From assembly GCA_902466285.1 (NCBI GenBank), contig CABQQK010000001.1, forward strand, positions 31,702-95,701: a stretch of 64,000 nucleotides of DNA. The letters are read 5' to 3'. The notes beneath the pieces were generated by a model. The model did not search any database. It was not told where the DNA came from and saw only the letters and a program-made list of their open reading frames with translations. The translations under genes and the position numbers were made by a program. This DNA comes from an uncultured Collinsella sp. (lineage in GTDB: Bacteria; Actinomycetota; Coriobacteriia; Coriobacteriales; Coriobacteriaceae). This document shows positions 16,618-27,735 of the stretch, piece by piece (position 1 is the stretch's first letter; each line of letters opens with the position of its first letter).

Positions 16618-18687
16618 ATGTCTTCCCAGATGACGGTTATTATCGCCGGTATCGTGCTGGTTGTGGCCATCGTGGTCGCACTGGTCATTATGCGTCGCGG
16701 CGATTCTCGTTTTACCTACGATACGCAGCATGGGACGGCCCCGCGCGCCACCGAGGGCGAGGGCAATACCGCGGCGACCGCCTTTAAGGGCCGCTTCTCC
16801 ATCCTCACCACGGGTGTGGGCGCGATGTTCGCGGCGCTTGCCGTCAAGCTGTGGGGCATGCAGATGGTCTCGTCGGACTATTATGAAAAGCAGGCTAATA
16901 GTAATCAGACGCGCACCGTTACCACACCCGCTGTGCGCGGCCGCATCCTCGACCGCAATGGCGTGGCACTTGTCCAGAACCGTCCCTCACTTGCTGTCGT
17001 GGCCTACCGCGACCTTGCCGAGGATGAGGTTCTGGTTCGCCATCTTGCCAACGTGCTCGGTATGCCCTACGTGGCGGTTCTGCGCAATATTCAGGACAAT
17101 TCCGAGGGCGCCCAGAGCCTGCATACCATCGCGACGGACGTCCGTCGCTCCACGGTTGCCTATATCAAGGAGCACGCCGGCGAGTTCCCGGGCGTCAAGA
17201 TTGCCGAGCGTACCGAGCGCCAGTACCCGTACGGCGAGACGGCCTGTCACATTTTGGGCTATACCGGCACCATTACCTCCGAGCAGCTTGAGGCCCAGAA
17301 TAAGAAAACCTCTGGCGACGATGATGCTTCTGCTGGCCGGATTACGTACCAGTCGGGCGATATCGTGGGCCAGGCGGGTGTTGAGAGCTACTACGAAAAC
17401 CTGCTGCAGGGTATTCGTGGCGAGCAGACCGTCAAGGTCGATGCCTCGGGCAATGTGACCGGTCAGGCCGGCGCCGTGCCCGCCAAGGCCGGCTCCGACA
17501 TTAAGCTCACGCTCGATCTTAAGATCCAACAGGCCTGTGAGACGGCGCTGGCGAGCGCCATCGAGCTTGCCAAGACCACTGGCTACAGCAATGCCGGCAA
17601 CGGCGCTGTGGTGTGTCTCGATCCCAACAACGGCGAGATCCTGGGCATGGCGAGCGAGCCCAAGTTCGATCCGTCCGTCTTTATCGGCGGCGTCTCAAAT
17701 GACGTGTGGACCGAGCTCAATGATGACAAGGGTTCGCACCCGCTGCTCAACCGCGCCATAAGCGGACAGTACATGTCGGCCTCGACCATCAAGCCGCTCT
17801 CGGCACTGGCCGGTCTTGAGTTTGGAACCTACACTTCAACGCAGACAACCAACTGCACGGGCTATTGGACGGGCTTGGGCAAGGCTTGGGGCAAGCGCTG
17901 CTGGCTGACGTCTGGACACGGCACCATGACGCTGCAGTCGGGTATTGCCAACTCGTGCGACCCCGTCTTCTACGATATGGGCAAGGCGTTCTTTTATGAC
18001 GAGCAACATTCCGAGGGCCTGCAGGAGGTCTTTCGTCGCTGGGGCCTAGGCAAGACCTGCGGTATCGATTTGCCGAGTGAGGGCGCGGGCCGTATTCCCG
18101 ATGCCGAGTGGAAAGAGTCGTACTTTACCGACGCCTCTGCCGAGGACCGCAAGTGGAATGCCGGCGATATGACCAACATTGCCATCGGCCAGGGCGACAT
18201 TTTGGTGACGCCTCTGCAGATGGCATGCGCCTACATGGGCCTTGCCAACGGCGGTAAGCAGTACGTGCCTCACGTGTTTTTGTCTGCCGTGTCGCGCGAT
18301 GGCGACGGCGATGCCTATAAGTACAACGGCAAAGGCAAGAAGAAGCGCTTGGAGGCCAAGATCAACAGCGATTCGGATTTGGCTCTTGTTCGCAACGGCA
18401 TGCACGACGTGATTTACACGGCATCGACGTCCCTGGCGGCTCACTTTGGCACCCTGACGCCGCAGGTATACGGCAAGTCGGGCACGGGCGAGAAAAGCGG
18501 CGAGGACGAATACGCGTGGTTCTGCGCCTATGCGCCGGCCGATGATCCCAAGTATGTCATCGCTACTGTCCTGGAGCAGGGCGGCGGTGGCTCAGATACC
18601 GCGATGCATGTCGTGCGCGACGTGCTCGGCGCGATTTATGACGAGCCCGATACCTCTTCGGCCTCGGGCGATTCTTCGGTTCGATAG
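16618..18687 (+). CDS. mrdA: Penicillin-binding protein 2 (elongasome transpeptidase)
   Basis: N-terminal TM helix and PBP dimerisation domain, then a transpeptidase domain with STIKP (SxxK) and KSGTGE (KTG-type) motifs. Confidence 0.85.
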   Translation: MSSQMTVIIAGIVLVVAIVVALVIMRRGDSRFTYDTQHGTAPRATEGEGNTAATAFKGRFSILTTGVGAMFAALAVKLWGMQMVSSDYYEKQANSNQTRTVTTPAVRGRILDRNGVALVQNRPSLAVVAYRDLAEDEVLVRHLANVLGMPYVAVLRNIQDNSEGAQSLHTIATDVRRSTVAYIKEHAGEFPGVKIAERTERQYPYGETACHILGYTGTITSEQLEAQNKKTSGDDDASAGRITYQSGDIVGQAGVESYYENLLQGIRGEQTVKVDASGNVTGQAGAVPAKAGSDIKLTLDLKIQQACETALASAIELAKTTGYSNAGNGAVVCLDPNNGEILGMASEPKFDPSVFIGGVSNDVWTELNDDKGSHPLLNRAISGQYMSASTIKPLSALAGLEFGTYTSTQTTNCTGYWTGLGKAWGKRCWLTSGHGTMTLQSGIANSCDPVFYDMGKAFFYDEQHSEGLQEVFRRWGLGKTCGIDLPSEGAGRIPDAEWKESYFTDASAEDRKWNAGDMTNIAIGQGDILVTPLQMACAYMGLANGGKQYVPHVFLSAVSRDGDGDAYKYNGKGKKKRLEAKINSDSDLALVRNGMHDVIYTASTSLAAHFGTLTPQVYGKSGTGEKSGEDEYAWFCAYAPADDPKYVIATVLEQGGGGSDTAMHVVRDVLGAIYDEPDTSSASGDSSVR

Positions 18688-18696
18688 GAGGTTGCG

Positions 18697-19923
18697 ATGG
18701 ATTTTTCTCCGGCGGATCTGTTCCGTTCAACCAAGACCGGCTCTCGCAGCAGCCTGGACCGCGTCAACAAGCAACTTTCGGCCTCGCGCGGTACGTTTCG
18801 CCAAAAGGTGCATATCGGTGTGCTGCTGGCTACCGTCGCGCTCGTTGCCTATGGCGCCATCATTATTTGGTCGGCGTCACAGTTTAAGGCCGACGCCTCA
18901 TTCTCGCGCCACCTGCTGGGCATTGGCATTGGCGCGGTGCTTGCGGTGCTCGTCTGGCGTACCGATCTGCGCGGCATCTCTAACTTCTCGACGGCGCTGC
19001 TCGTCATTGACCTTATTGTGATCTTCTCGCCCAAGATTCCGGGCCTGTCCTATACGGGCGGTCTGGGCATGACGGGCTGGATCAAGATTCCCGGTATCGG
19101 CTTGACATTCCAGCCGGTTGAGCTTGCCAAGCTCATCACCATCTTCTTTATTGCCACGCTTGGCTCGCAGTATAACGGCCGCATCGATACCGTTCGCGAC
19201 TACGTCAAGCTCTGCGGCATGCTGTCCATTCCGTTTTTGGCCGTCGTCGCCATGGGCGACCTGGGCTCGGGCCTGGTCGTGCTGGTCTCGGGCGCCATCG
19301 TCATCTGCATGAGCGGTGCACGCCGCGAATGGGTGCTGTCGACCCTGGCCCTGCTCGTGGGCCTGGTGGCCCTCGTCCTGGCGCTCGATTCGGTCTTTGA
19401 TTCGTTGCTCGGCCACGATGTGCTCATCAAGCAGTATCAGATGAACCGTCTGACGGTCTTTATCGACCCCGATAATGCCGATTCGGACGATGCCTACAAC
19501 CTGCAGCAGTCGCTTATCGCCGTTGGCTCGGGCGGCTTCTTTGGTAAGGGTTTGGGCCATGCGACGCAGTCGGCCGGCGGCTTTCTGCCCGAGTTCCACA
19601 CCGACTTCGTCTTCGCCTTCCTGTCCGAGACCTTTGGCTTTTGCGGTTCCTTTTTGCTCCTGTGCCTCTACGTGCTGCTGATCTTTTCGACGATTCGCGT
19701 CGCCTTTAAGTGTGAGTCGCTGTTCTTGCGCCTATCGTGTGTGGGCATCGTTGGCATGTGGGCGTTCCAGACCTTCGAAAACATCGGCATGTGCATCGGC
19801 ATGATGCCGATTACCGGTATTCCGCTACCGTTTATTAGCTTCGGTTCGTCTTCGATGATGATTCAGCTGCTGACGGTGGGTATCGTACAATCCATATGGC
19901 GGCATCGTTCGGGCGCCGCGTAA
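18697..19923 (+). CDS. rodA: SEDS-family peptidoglycan glycosyltransferase RodA
   Basis: The 408-aa polytopic membrane ORF carries FtsW/RodA/SpoVE-family signatures (PEFHTDFVFAFLSE; GIPLPFISFGSSSM) and follows mrdA. Confidence 0.85.
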   Translation: MDFSPADLFRSTKTGSRSSLDRVNKQLSASRGTFRQKVHIGVLLATVALVAYGAIIIWSASQFKADASFSRHLLGIGIGAVLAVLVWRTDLRGISNFSTALLVIDLIVIFSPKIPGLSYTGGLGMTGWIKIPGIGLTFQPVELAKLITIFFIATLGSQYNGRIDTVRDYVKLCGMLSIPFLAVVAMGDLGSGLVVLVSGAIVICMSGARREWVLSTLALLVGLVALVLALDSVFDSLLGHDVLIKQYQMNRLTVFIDPDNADSDDAYNLQQSLIAVGSGGFFGKGLGHATQSAGGFLPEFHTDFVFAFLSETFGFCGSFLLLCLYVLLIFSTIRVAFKCESLFLRLSCVGIVGMWAFQTFENIGMCIGMMPITGIPLPFISFGSSSMMIQLLTVGIVQSIWRHRSGAA

Positions 19924-19941
19924 CCGCTGGAGGGGTTTGCT

Positions 19942-20871
19942 ATGAAAATTCCCGTAGATAAGCTGACGCGCGCTTTTAAGATGGGCGCGTCCGTTAAGAA
20001 GGATTCCGATACGCCGGTGCGCGTCTCGGTCTATTTGGATTCGTCCGCCTCGCGCTTTCTGGCCGAGACGGTGCGTGACGCCTTTGTACCGCAGACGACC
20101 TCGGGCATTGTGCGCGTCGAGCGTCTGGGGGAGGAGCGAATTGCTCCAAAGACCGATACCGATGTGGTGCTGGTGCTCTCGTGCGGCTCCGACCGCTTGG
20201 AGAGTGCCGTGCAGGAGCTCGTGATCGCCGGCGCCCCCGTGTGCGTGCTTGCCGAGTCTGCTGTGGAGGTGCCGTTTATCGAGGAGTCCACGCCTGTGCT
20301 CGGCGTGGTAGCGGCAACCGATAAGACGTATCTGCTCGAGACGCTTGCCCGCTGGATTCTCGATCGCACCGAAAAGGAAACGGCTTTTGCGGCGAACTTT
20401 GCCTTCATGCGCATCGCGGCGGCCAATCGTATCATCACCTCGTGCGCGCTCACCAATATGGCGACCGGTGCGCTGGTGTTTTTGCCGGGCGCCGATTATC
20501 CCGTTATGGCGCTGGCGCAGGTGGGCATGCTCTTTGAGCTCGCTGCCGTCTTTGGACGCGGCATTAAGCCTGAGCGCGGCTACGAGGCCGCGGGCGTGCT
20601 TGTCGGCGGTCTTGTGATCCGCGCGGTCACCCGCGCACTCGTCAAGCAGACGCCGCATATTGGGTTTGCCGTCAAGGCGCTCACTGCTGCCGCGGGCACC
20701 TATGGCATGGGCCGTGCGCTCGTTTCGCTCTACGAGCGCGATGTCGACTACAGCCGTGCCAACGAGGTGGTTACTGCCACGTTCTCCCGCGTTCGCGATC
20801 TGGTGACCACGGTCGCGGGCGCTACCCGTCCTATGGCGTCCTACCAAGACGCATCCGATCTCGCTGCTTAG
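19942..20871 (+). CDS. Uncharacterised 309-aa protein encoded immediately downstream of rodA
   Basis: A clean ORF in the same orientation, starting 19 nt after the rodA stop. It has an N-terminal alpha/beta-like region (VVLVLSCGSDRLESAVQELVIAGAPVCVLAES) and a hydrophobic C-terminal half (GALVFLPGADYPVMALAQVGMLFELAAVFG...). I recognise no catalytic motif. Confidence 0.5.
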   Translation: MKIPVDKLTRAFKMGASVKKDSDTPVRVSVYLDSSASRFLAETVRDAFVPQTTSGIVRVERLGEERIAPKTDTDVVLVLSCGSDRLESAVQELVIAGAPVCVLAESAVEVPFIEESTPVLGVVAATDKTYLLETLARWILDRTEKETAFAANFAFMRIAAANRIITSCALTNMATGALVFLPGADYPVMALAQVGMLFELAAVFGRGIKPERGYEAAGVLVGGLVIRAVTRALVKQTPHIGFAVKALTAAAGTYGMGRALVSLYERDVDYSRANEVVTATFSRVRDLVTTVAGATRPMASYQDASDLAA

Positions 20872-20881
20872 GGGTTTTCCG

Positions 20882-22759
20882 TTGCGCGTTCCGTATCAAG
20901 ACTGCTTTCATTTAATTGAGCCGCTGCTCGCCAAGGTCGAGAAGCCGAGTCGCTATATCGATCACGAGTGGGGCACGCTTTCCAAGGCCGATACCGACTA
21001 CCGTTGCTGCCTGATCTACCCGGATGTGTACGAGGTTGGTCTGCCCAACCAGGGTATCGCCATCCTCTACAACATCCTTAACCAGGCCGAGGGCATCTCC
21101 TGCGAGCGTGGCTATGTGCCGTGGCCCGATATGGGTGACGCTATGCGCGAGGCGGGTATTCCGCTGCTGTCGCTCGAAGGTGCAGCGCCGGTCGCTTCGT
21201 TTGATATCGTCGGCCTGCATGTGCCGCACGAGATGGCGGTGACGAACTTCCTCGAGGCTCTCGACCTCGCTGGCATTCCGCTGTTAGCGGCCGACCGAGG
21301 TGAAGACGACCCCATCATCATCGCCGGCGGCCCCTCGGTGTACAACCCCGAGCCGTACGCGGCCTTCTTCGATGCCATCCTCATCGGCGAGGGCGAGGAA
21401 TCGCTGCTCGAGACCTGCCAGCTGCATCGCCGCCTGCGTGACGAAGGAGTCCCGCGCGCGCAGATTGTTGAGCAGCTTGCATCCATTGCCGGCAACTACG
21501 TGCCGTCGCTCTATGAGGTTCGTCACGACGAGCCCTGCTCGCCGCATGGCTACACCGTGCCGCGTGAGGGCAAGGATGCGCCGACCGTGGTCTACAAGCG
21601 CGTCGTCGAGGATTTCGGCGCCACGAATCCGCTGTCGCAGTCGTGCGTACCCTATGCGCAGCTGGTCCACGATCGCCTGTCTATCGAGATTCTGCGCGGC
21701 TGCGCCCGCGGCTGTCGTTTTTGCCAGGCCGGCATGACGTATCGCCCGGTGCGCGAGCGCTCGGCCGACCAGATTGTCTCGTCGGTGATTCAGGGTCTGG
21801 AAAAGACCGGCTATGACGAGGTGTCGCTGACCTCGCTCTCCACGACCGACCACTCCTGCATTCGCGACGTGCTCGGCAGGCTCAACCGTCGCCTGGAGGA
21901 TACGGGTATTCGTGTGTCTATTCCGTCGCAGCGCCTGGATTCGTTTGGCGTGGATATGGCCGAGTCGGTCGCCGGCGAAAAGAAGGGCGGCCTGACGTTC
22001 GCGCCCGAGGCCGGCAGCCAGCGCATGCGCGACATCATTAACAAGAACGTGACCGAGGAGGACCTGGACCGTGCGGCCAAGGCGGCCTTCGAGGCCGGCT
22101 GGAACCGCATGAAGCTCTACTTTATGATGGGCCTTCCCGGCGAGCGCGACGAGGACATCGTGGCCATCGCCAATCTGGCCGATCACGTGCTGGAGCTCGG
22201 TCGTTCCGTGGTGCCCAAGGCTCGTCGCGGCTCGATCTCGGTGTCGATCTCGGTTTCGGTCTTTATTCCCAAGGCTGCCACGCCGTTCCAGTGGTGCCCG
22301 CAGCTCGACTACGACGACGTCAAGCGTCGCCAGAAGCTGCTCATCACGAGCGTTCGCAACCGTGCCGTCCGCGTGCATTACCACGATGCCGAGACCTCGC
22401 TCATCGAGGCCGCGCTGTCCCGCGCCGGGCGTGACATGACGCCCGTCATCATCGATGCTTGGCGCGCTGGCTCTCGCTTTGACGCCTGGGTAGAGCATTT
22501 CTCGCTCGATAACTGGAAGGAGGCTGCTGCCAAAAACGGCATCGACCTCAATGAGCTCGTGCACCTGCCCTACGAGTTGGACTGGCGCCTGCCGTGGGAG
22601 CATGTGAGCCCCGGCTGCACGCGTGGCTTCCTCGAGCGCGAGTACCGTCGCTCGCTCGAGGGTGTCACGACTCCCGACTGCACCCGCACGTCGTGCACCG
22701 GCTGCGGAATCTGCCCCACGCTCCACGTCAAGAATGTATTGATGGGTGATCGCGCATGA
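20882..22759 (+). CDS. TIGR03960-family B12-binding-like / radical SAM protein of unknown function
   Basis: TTG start. The radical SAM CxxxCxxC motif is present as LRGCARGCRFCQAG. The 625-aa size and the C-terminal Cys cluster (CTRTSCTGCGICP) match the uncharacterised radical SAM family that normally sits upstream of rne/rng-rplU-rpmA-obg. Confidence 0.8.
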   Translation: MRVPYQDCFHLIEPLLAKVEKPSRYIDHEWGTLSKADTDYRCCLIYPDVYEVGLPNQGIAILYNILNQAEGISCERGYVPWPDMGDAMREAGIPLLSLEGAAPVASFDIVGLHVPHEMAVTNFLEALDLAGIPLLAADRGEDDPIIIAGGPSVYNPEPYAAFFDAILIGEGEESLLETCQLHRRLRDEGVPRAQIVEQLASIAGNYVPSLYEVRHDEPCSPHGYTVPREGKDAPTVVYKRVVEDFGATNPLSQSCVPYAQLVHDRLSIEILRGCARGCRFCQAGMTYRPVRERSADQIVSSVIQGLEKTGYDEVSLTSLSTTDHSCIRDVLGRLNRRLEDTGIRVSIPSQRLDSFGVDMAESVAGEKKGGLTFAPEAGSQRMRDIINKNVTEEDLDRAAKAAFEAGWNRMKLYFMMGLPGERDEDIVAIANLADHVLELGRSVVPKARRGSISVSISVSVFIPKAATPFQWCPQLDYDDVKRRQKLLITSVRNRAVRVHYHDAETSLIEAALSRAGRDMTPVIIDAWRAGSRFDAWVEHFSLDNWKEAAAKNGIDLNELVHLPYELDWRLPWEHVSPGCTRGFLEREYRRSLEGVTTPDCTRTSCTGCGICPTLHVKNVLMGDRA

Positions 22760-23568
22760 GTGAGCGCCTGACCGACAACCCCACGCTCTTTAGGCTTCGT
22801 GTTCGCTATGGCAAGCGCGATCGCCTTAAGTACCTGGGCCATCTCGAAGTAATCCATACCATTGAGCGCATCGTGCGCCGTGCGGGACTTCCCTATGCCG
22901 TCACGCAGGGCTTCTCTCCGCACATGCGCGTGGGCTTCTCTTCGGCGCTACCGGTGGGTACGTCGTCGACCTGCGAGTGGTATGACCTGTTTATGACCGA
23001 GTTCGTGGCGCTCGACGAGGCGTTTGGGCGCCTGGCTGCGGCGTCTCCGGCCGATCTGGCGCCCATCGAGGCGGCGTATATCGACGTGCGCACGCCGGCG
23101 TTGACGGCGCAGCTCACGCGTCTGTCGTATCGCATCGACCTGCACTTGGATCCCGAGGCGCCCGTAAGCGCCGACGAGGTGCGTCGTGCGATCGACACGC
23201 TGCGCGCGGACCATGGCATCGACTACGCGCGCGGCAAAAAGAGCAAGCGCTTGGATTTGGATCACACGCTCGTGGGCTATGAGCTCACGGCTGGGGAGCG
23301 TCCGGACCATTTGGTGCTCATGCTCGACACCCATGCCGATAACGAGGGTTCCATGCGTCCGGAAATTTTGCTTTCTGCAGCTGATGTTTTGTTGCAGGGC
23401 TTGACCCCGGGCGTGGATGCACCTATCGTTTCCACCGGTATGCAAGACCTCGTGACCATCTGCTCCTACGATGTCGAGCGTCAGAATCAAGCATGCGAGG
23501 ACGACGAGGGCCGACTCGTCAGCCCCATACCTGTGCGAACTTGTGGATTTGCTCCACATACTCGTTGA
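22756..23568 (+). CDS. TIGR03936/DUF2344-family radical-SAM-associated protein
   Basis: The 270-aa ORF overlaps the preceding stop by 4 nt (ATGA). The N-terminus RLRVRYGKRDRLKYLGHLEVIHTIERIVRRAGLPYAVTQGFSPHMRV is typical of the DUF2344 partner of TIGR03960. Confidence 0.75.
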   Translation: MSERLTDNPTLFRLRVRYGKRDRLKYLGHLEVIHTIERIVRRAGLPYAVTQGFSPHMRVGFSSALPVGTSSTCEWYDLFMTEFVALDEAFGRLAAASPADLAPIEAAYIDVRTPALTAQLTRLSYRIDLHLDPEAPVSADEVRRAIDTLRADHGIDYARGKKSKRLDLDHTLVGYELTAGERPDHLVLMLDTHADNEGSMRPEILLSAADVLLQGLTPGVDAPIVSTGMQDLVTICSYDVERQNQACEDDEGRLVSPIPVRTCGFAPHTR

Positions 23569-23635
23569 CGGGGGTATTTTCGCCTGCTACTATATTCGGC
23601 TGTTGCACTAACTGATGCATGAAGGGCAAGTAAAC

Positions 23636-24010
23636 ATGTACGCAATCGTTAACACGGGCGGCAAGCAGTACAAGGTCGCCACCGACGATGTCATCACCGT
23701 CGAGAAGATCGAGGGCAATGAGGGCGACAAGGTCACCCTGCCGGTCATCTTCCTCAACGATGGTAAGAAGATCGTCACCGATCCGGACAAGCTGGCCAAG
23801 GCCAAGGTTACCGCTCAGATCGTTGAGCAGTTCAAGGGCGAGAAGCAGCTGGTCTTCAAGTTCCACAAGCGTAAGCGCTATCGTCGTCTGAAGGGTCACC
23901 GTCAGCAGCTCACCAAGCTGAAGATCGTGAAGGTCCAGGCTACGTCCCGCGCCAAGAAGGCTGTCAAGGCAGAGGCCGAGGCTGTTGCCGAGGCTCCCGT
24001 CGCCGAGTAG
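23636..24010 (+). CDS. rplU: 50S ribosomal protein L21
   Basis: MYAIVNTGGKQYKV... is a canonical L21 N-terminus. The track ORF starts 7 codons upstream at 23615. Confidence 0.9.
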   Translation: MYAIVNTGGKQYKVATDDVITVEKIEGNEGDKVTLPVIFLNDGKKIVTDPDKLAKAKVTAQIVEQFKGEKQLVFKFHKRKRYRRLKGHRQQLTKLKIVKVQATSRAKKAVKAEAEAVAEAPVAE

Positions 24011-24043
24011 ATTACACTCGTAACGAAAGAGTAGGTATACACA

Positions 24044-24301
24044 ATGGCACACAAAAAAGGACTCGGTTCCTCCCGTAATGGCCGTGACTCCCGCGGTCAG
24101 CGCCTTGGCACGAAGCGCTATGCCGGCCAGACGGTAACCACGGGCACGATTCTCGTCCGTCAGCACGGCACTCACATCCACCCGGGTGAGAACGTTGGCC
24201 GTGGCAAGGACGACACGCTGTTCGCGCTGGTCGACGGTACCGTTGAGTTCCACAAGGGTATCAAGCACAGGGTCAGCGTACGCCCGCTCGCGAACGCGTA
24301 A
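24044..24301 (+). CDS. rpmA: 50S ribosomal protein L27
   Basis: [22 protein letters not shown]... is canonical L27. Confidence 0.9.
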   Translation: MAHKKGLGSSRNGRDSRGQRLGTKRYAGQTVTTGTILVRQHGTHIHPGENVGRGKDDTLFALVDGTVEFHKGIKHRVSVRPLANA

Positions 24302-24373
24302 TTCACCCTTCATAGAGCACATATGTGGGAGGCACTTGAGTTTTAGGATTCAAGGGTCTCCCTCTTTTTGTAG

Positions 24374-25852
<1,479 letters not shown>

Positions 25853-25855
25853 GCC

Positions 25856-26533
25856 ATGTCGCTGCGCGGTGGAATCGGTTTGCCCGAGCTGCCCATAAAA
25901 GAGGGCAAGGAGTTTCGGCTTGGCATTATGGGCGGCACATTCGACCCGATTCATTACGGTCACCTGGTGACTGCCGAGCAGGCGCGCGAGTCGCTCGACT
26001 TGGACGCTGTGCTCTTTATGCCGGCGGGCTCTCCCGCCTTTAAGCTTGACAAGCCGGTTACGCCTGCCGAGGACCGTTATGCCATGACGGTCCTCGCCAC
26101 CGCCGCGAACCCGGCCTTTTTGGCGAGCCGGTTCGAGATTGACCGTCCGGGTGTAACCTATACGGCCGATACGCTTCATGCCCTTCGCGATTTTTACCCG
26201 CCGCAGGTAAAGCTCTACTTTATTACGGGCGCCGATGCGATTATCGATATTGTGACCTGGCATGATGCCGAACGAATCGCTGAGCTTGCTACCTTTATTG
26301 CGGCGACGCGACCGGGCTTTGATATCGATACGGCGCGTGCCCGAATCAAAGAGTCGGGGCTGCCGTTCGACGTGCGCTATATTCAGATTCCGGCGCTGGC
26401 GATCAGCTCGACGAACATTCGTAAGCGAGTTGCCCGCGGCATGAGCGTGCGCTATCTTACGAGCGAGTCCGTGCTCGGCTACATTCGCAAGCGCAGGCTA
26501 TATGCCGATTTGGGCCAAGAAGATTTTGAGTGA
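25856..26533 (+). CDS. nadD: Nicotinate-nucleotide adenylyltransferase
   Basis: GGTFDPIHYGH (HxGH motif) and ISSTNIRKR (SxTxxR). Confidence 0.85.
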   Translation: MSLRGGIGLPELPIKEGKEFRLGIMGGTFDPIHYGHLVTAEQARESLDLDAVLFMPAGSPAFKLDKPVTPAEDRYAMTVLATAANPAFLASRFEIDRPGVTYTADTLHALRDFYPPQVKLYFITGADAIIDIVTWHDAERIAELATFIAATRPGFDIDTARARIKESGLPFDVRYIQIPALAISSTNIRKRVARGMSVRYLTSESVLGYIRKRRLYADLGQEDFE

Positions 26534-27153
26534 TGGGGGCTACGTTGTCGGTAGAGGATCAGTTTGAGGGCGATGAGCGCGCGCTGCTCAAGCGCATTCA
26601 AGAGCTGCTCGATGTTCGCATGAAAGATAAGCGCAAGCGCTATGTGCATTCGCTGGGTGTTGCCGAGACCGCACTTCATCTGGCCGAGGTCTACGGCGTT
26701 GACCGCTTTGATGCGGCTGCCGCCGGCTTAATTCACGACTGGGACAAGGTTCTTTCCGATGACGAGCTCGTGGCCCGCGCGCTTCACTATGGCATCAAGG
26801 TTGCCGGCTCTCCTTCCGCCGCGACGCCGCTTTTGCATGGCCCTGTTGCCGCCTATGAGCTTCCGCAGCTTTTTCCCGAGCTGTCACCGGCCGTTTTCCA
26901 GGCTGTCGACCGTCACACCGTGGGTGCCTGCGACATGACGCCGCTCGATATGGTGGTCTTTGTGGCAGATGCCATCGAGCCCAACCGTCACGGCGACTAT
27001 GCCCATGCGCTGCGCAAGATGGTGGGGAAGTCCTCGCTCGATGAGTTGTTCTTCTCCTGTTTTGCGCAGGGTCTGGTCTTTGTGATCCAGTCCGGGCGCT
27101 ATCTTTATCCCACGGCTATTACGATTTACAACCATTACGCCCAGCTGCGTTAG
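26530..27153 (+). CDS. yqeK: HD-domain phosphohydrolase YqeK (nadD-associated)
   Basis: HSLGVAETALHLA...LIHDWDK is an HD motif. The gene overlaps the nadD stop, the conserved nadD-yqeK-rsfS arrangement. Confidence 0.75.
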   Translation: MMGATLSVEDQFEGDERALLKRIQELLDVRMKDKRKRYVHSLGVAETALHLAEVYGVDRFDAAAAGLIHDWDKVLSDDELVARALHYGIKVAGSPSAATPLLHGPVAAYELPQLFPELSPAVFQAVDRHTVGACDMTPLDMVVFVADAIEPNRHGDYAHALRKMVGKSSLDELFFSCFAQGLVFVIQSGRYLYPTAITIYNHYAQLR

Positions 27154-27181
27154 CTCGGGTGTGTCTAGAAAGAGGTATTCC

Positions 27182-27637
27182 ATGGCCGACGAGACCATGA
27201 CTGACGAGCAGATTCTTGAAGGTGTGGAGCACAAGAGTTTCGTTGCCACGTCCGACCGCACCGCCGCCTCGCTGTCCGCGAGCGGTGTCGCCGCCGAGGA
27301 TGTCGCCCGCGCCGCCGCGCAGGCCGCCTACGACAAGAAGGGCGAGGACGTGCAGGTGCTCGACCTGACCGAGCTTTCCGACGTGTGCGACTACTTTGTG
27401 CTTGCCACCGGTACCAACAACCGCCAGGTCGATTCGATTGTCGACGAGATCGAGGAGAAGGTTGCCGAGGCTTGCGGCGAGCATCCGTTCTCCATCGAGG
27501 GCCGCGAGCAGAAGACCTGGATGCTCATGGACTACGGCTCGGTTGTCGTCCACGTCTTCACTCCCGAAGCCCGCGACTTTTACCGCCTAGAAAAGCTCTG
27601 GGGTGACGCCCCCCAGCTCCCCCTCGACCTCCTCTAG
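27182..27637 (+). CDS. rsfS: Ribosomal silencing factor RsfS (Iojap family)
   Basis: VLDLTELSDVCDYFVLATGTNNRQVDSIVDEIEE...YGSVVVHVFTPEAREFY-like RsfS core. ATG 27182 follows the SD GAAAGAGG. Confidence 0.8.
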   Translation: MADETMTDEQILEGVEHKSFVATSDRTAASLSASGVAAEDVARAAAQAAYDKKGEDVQVLDLTELSDVCDYFVLATGTNNRQVDSIVDEIEEKVAEACGEHPFSIEGREQKTWMLMDYGSVVVHVFTPEARDFYRLEKLWGDAPQLPLDLL

Positions 27638-27680
27638 TGGCTCATTTGATATGGGGCTTTTAGCTAGCCTCGCGCATTTC

Positions 27681-27726
27681 GCCGGGCAGTTGCGGTTTTC
27701 CGCACCTGCCCGGCTTTCTATTTTTA
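27681..27726. terminator. Bidirectional intrinsic terminator between convergent rsfS and dinB
   Basis: GCCGGGCAG-ttgcggttttccgcac-CTGCCCGGC forms a 9-bp GC stem with an inner stem, followed by TTTCTATTTTT. Confidence 0.6.
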
Positions 27727-27735
27727 CAAAGGCGG

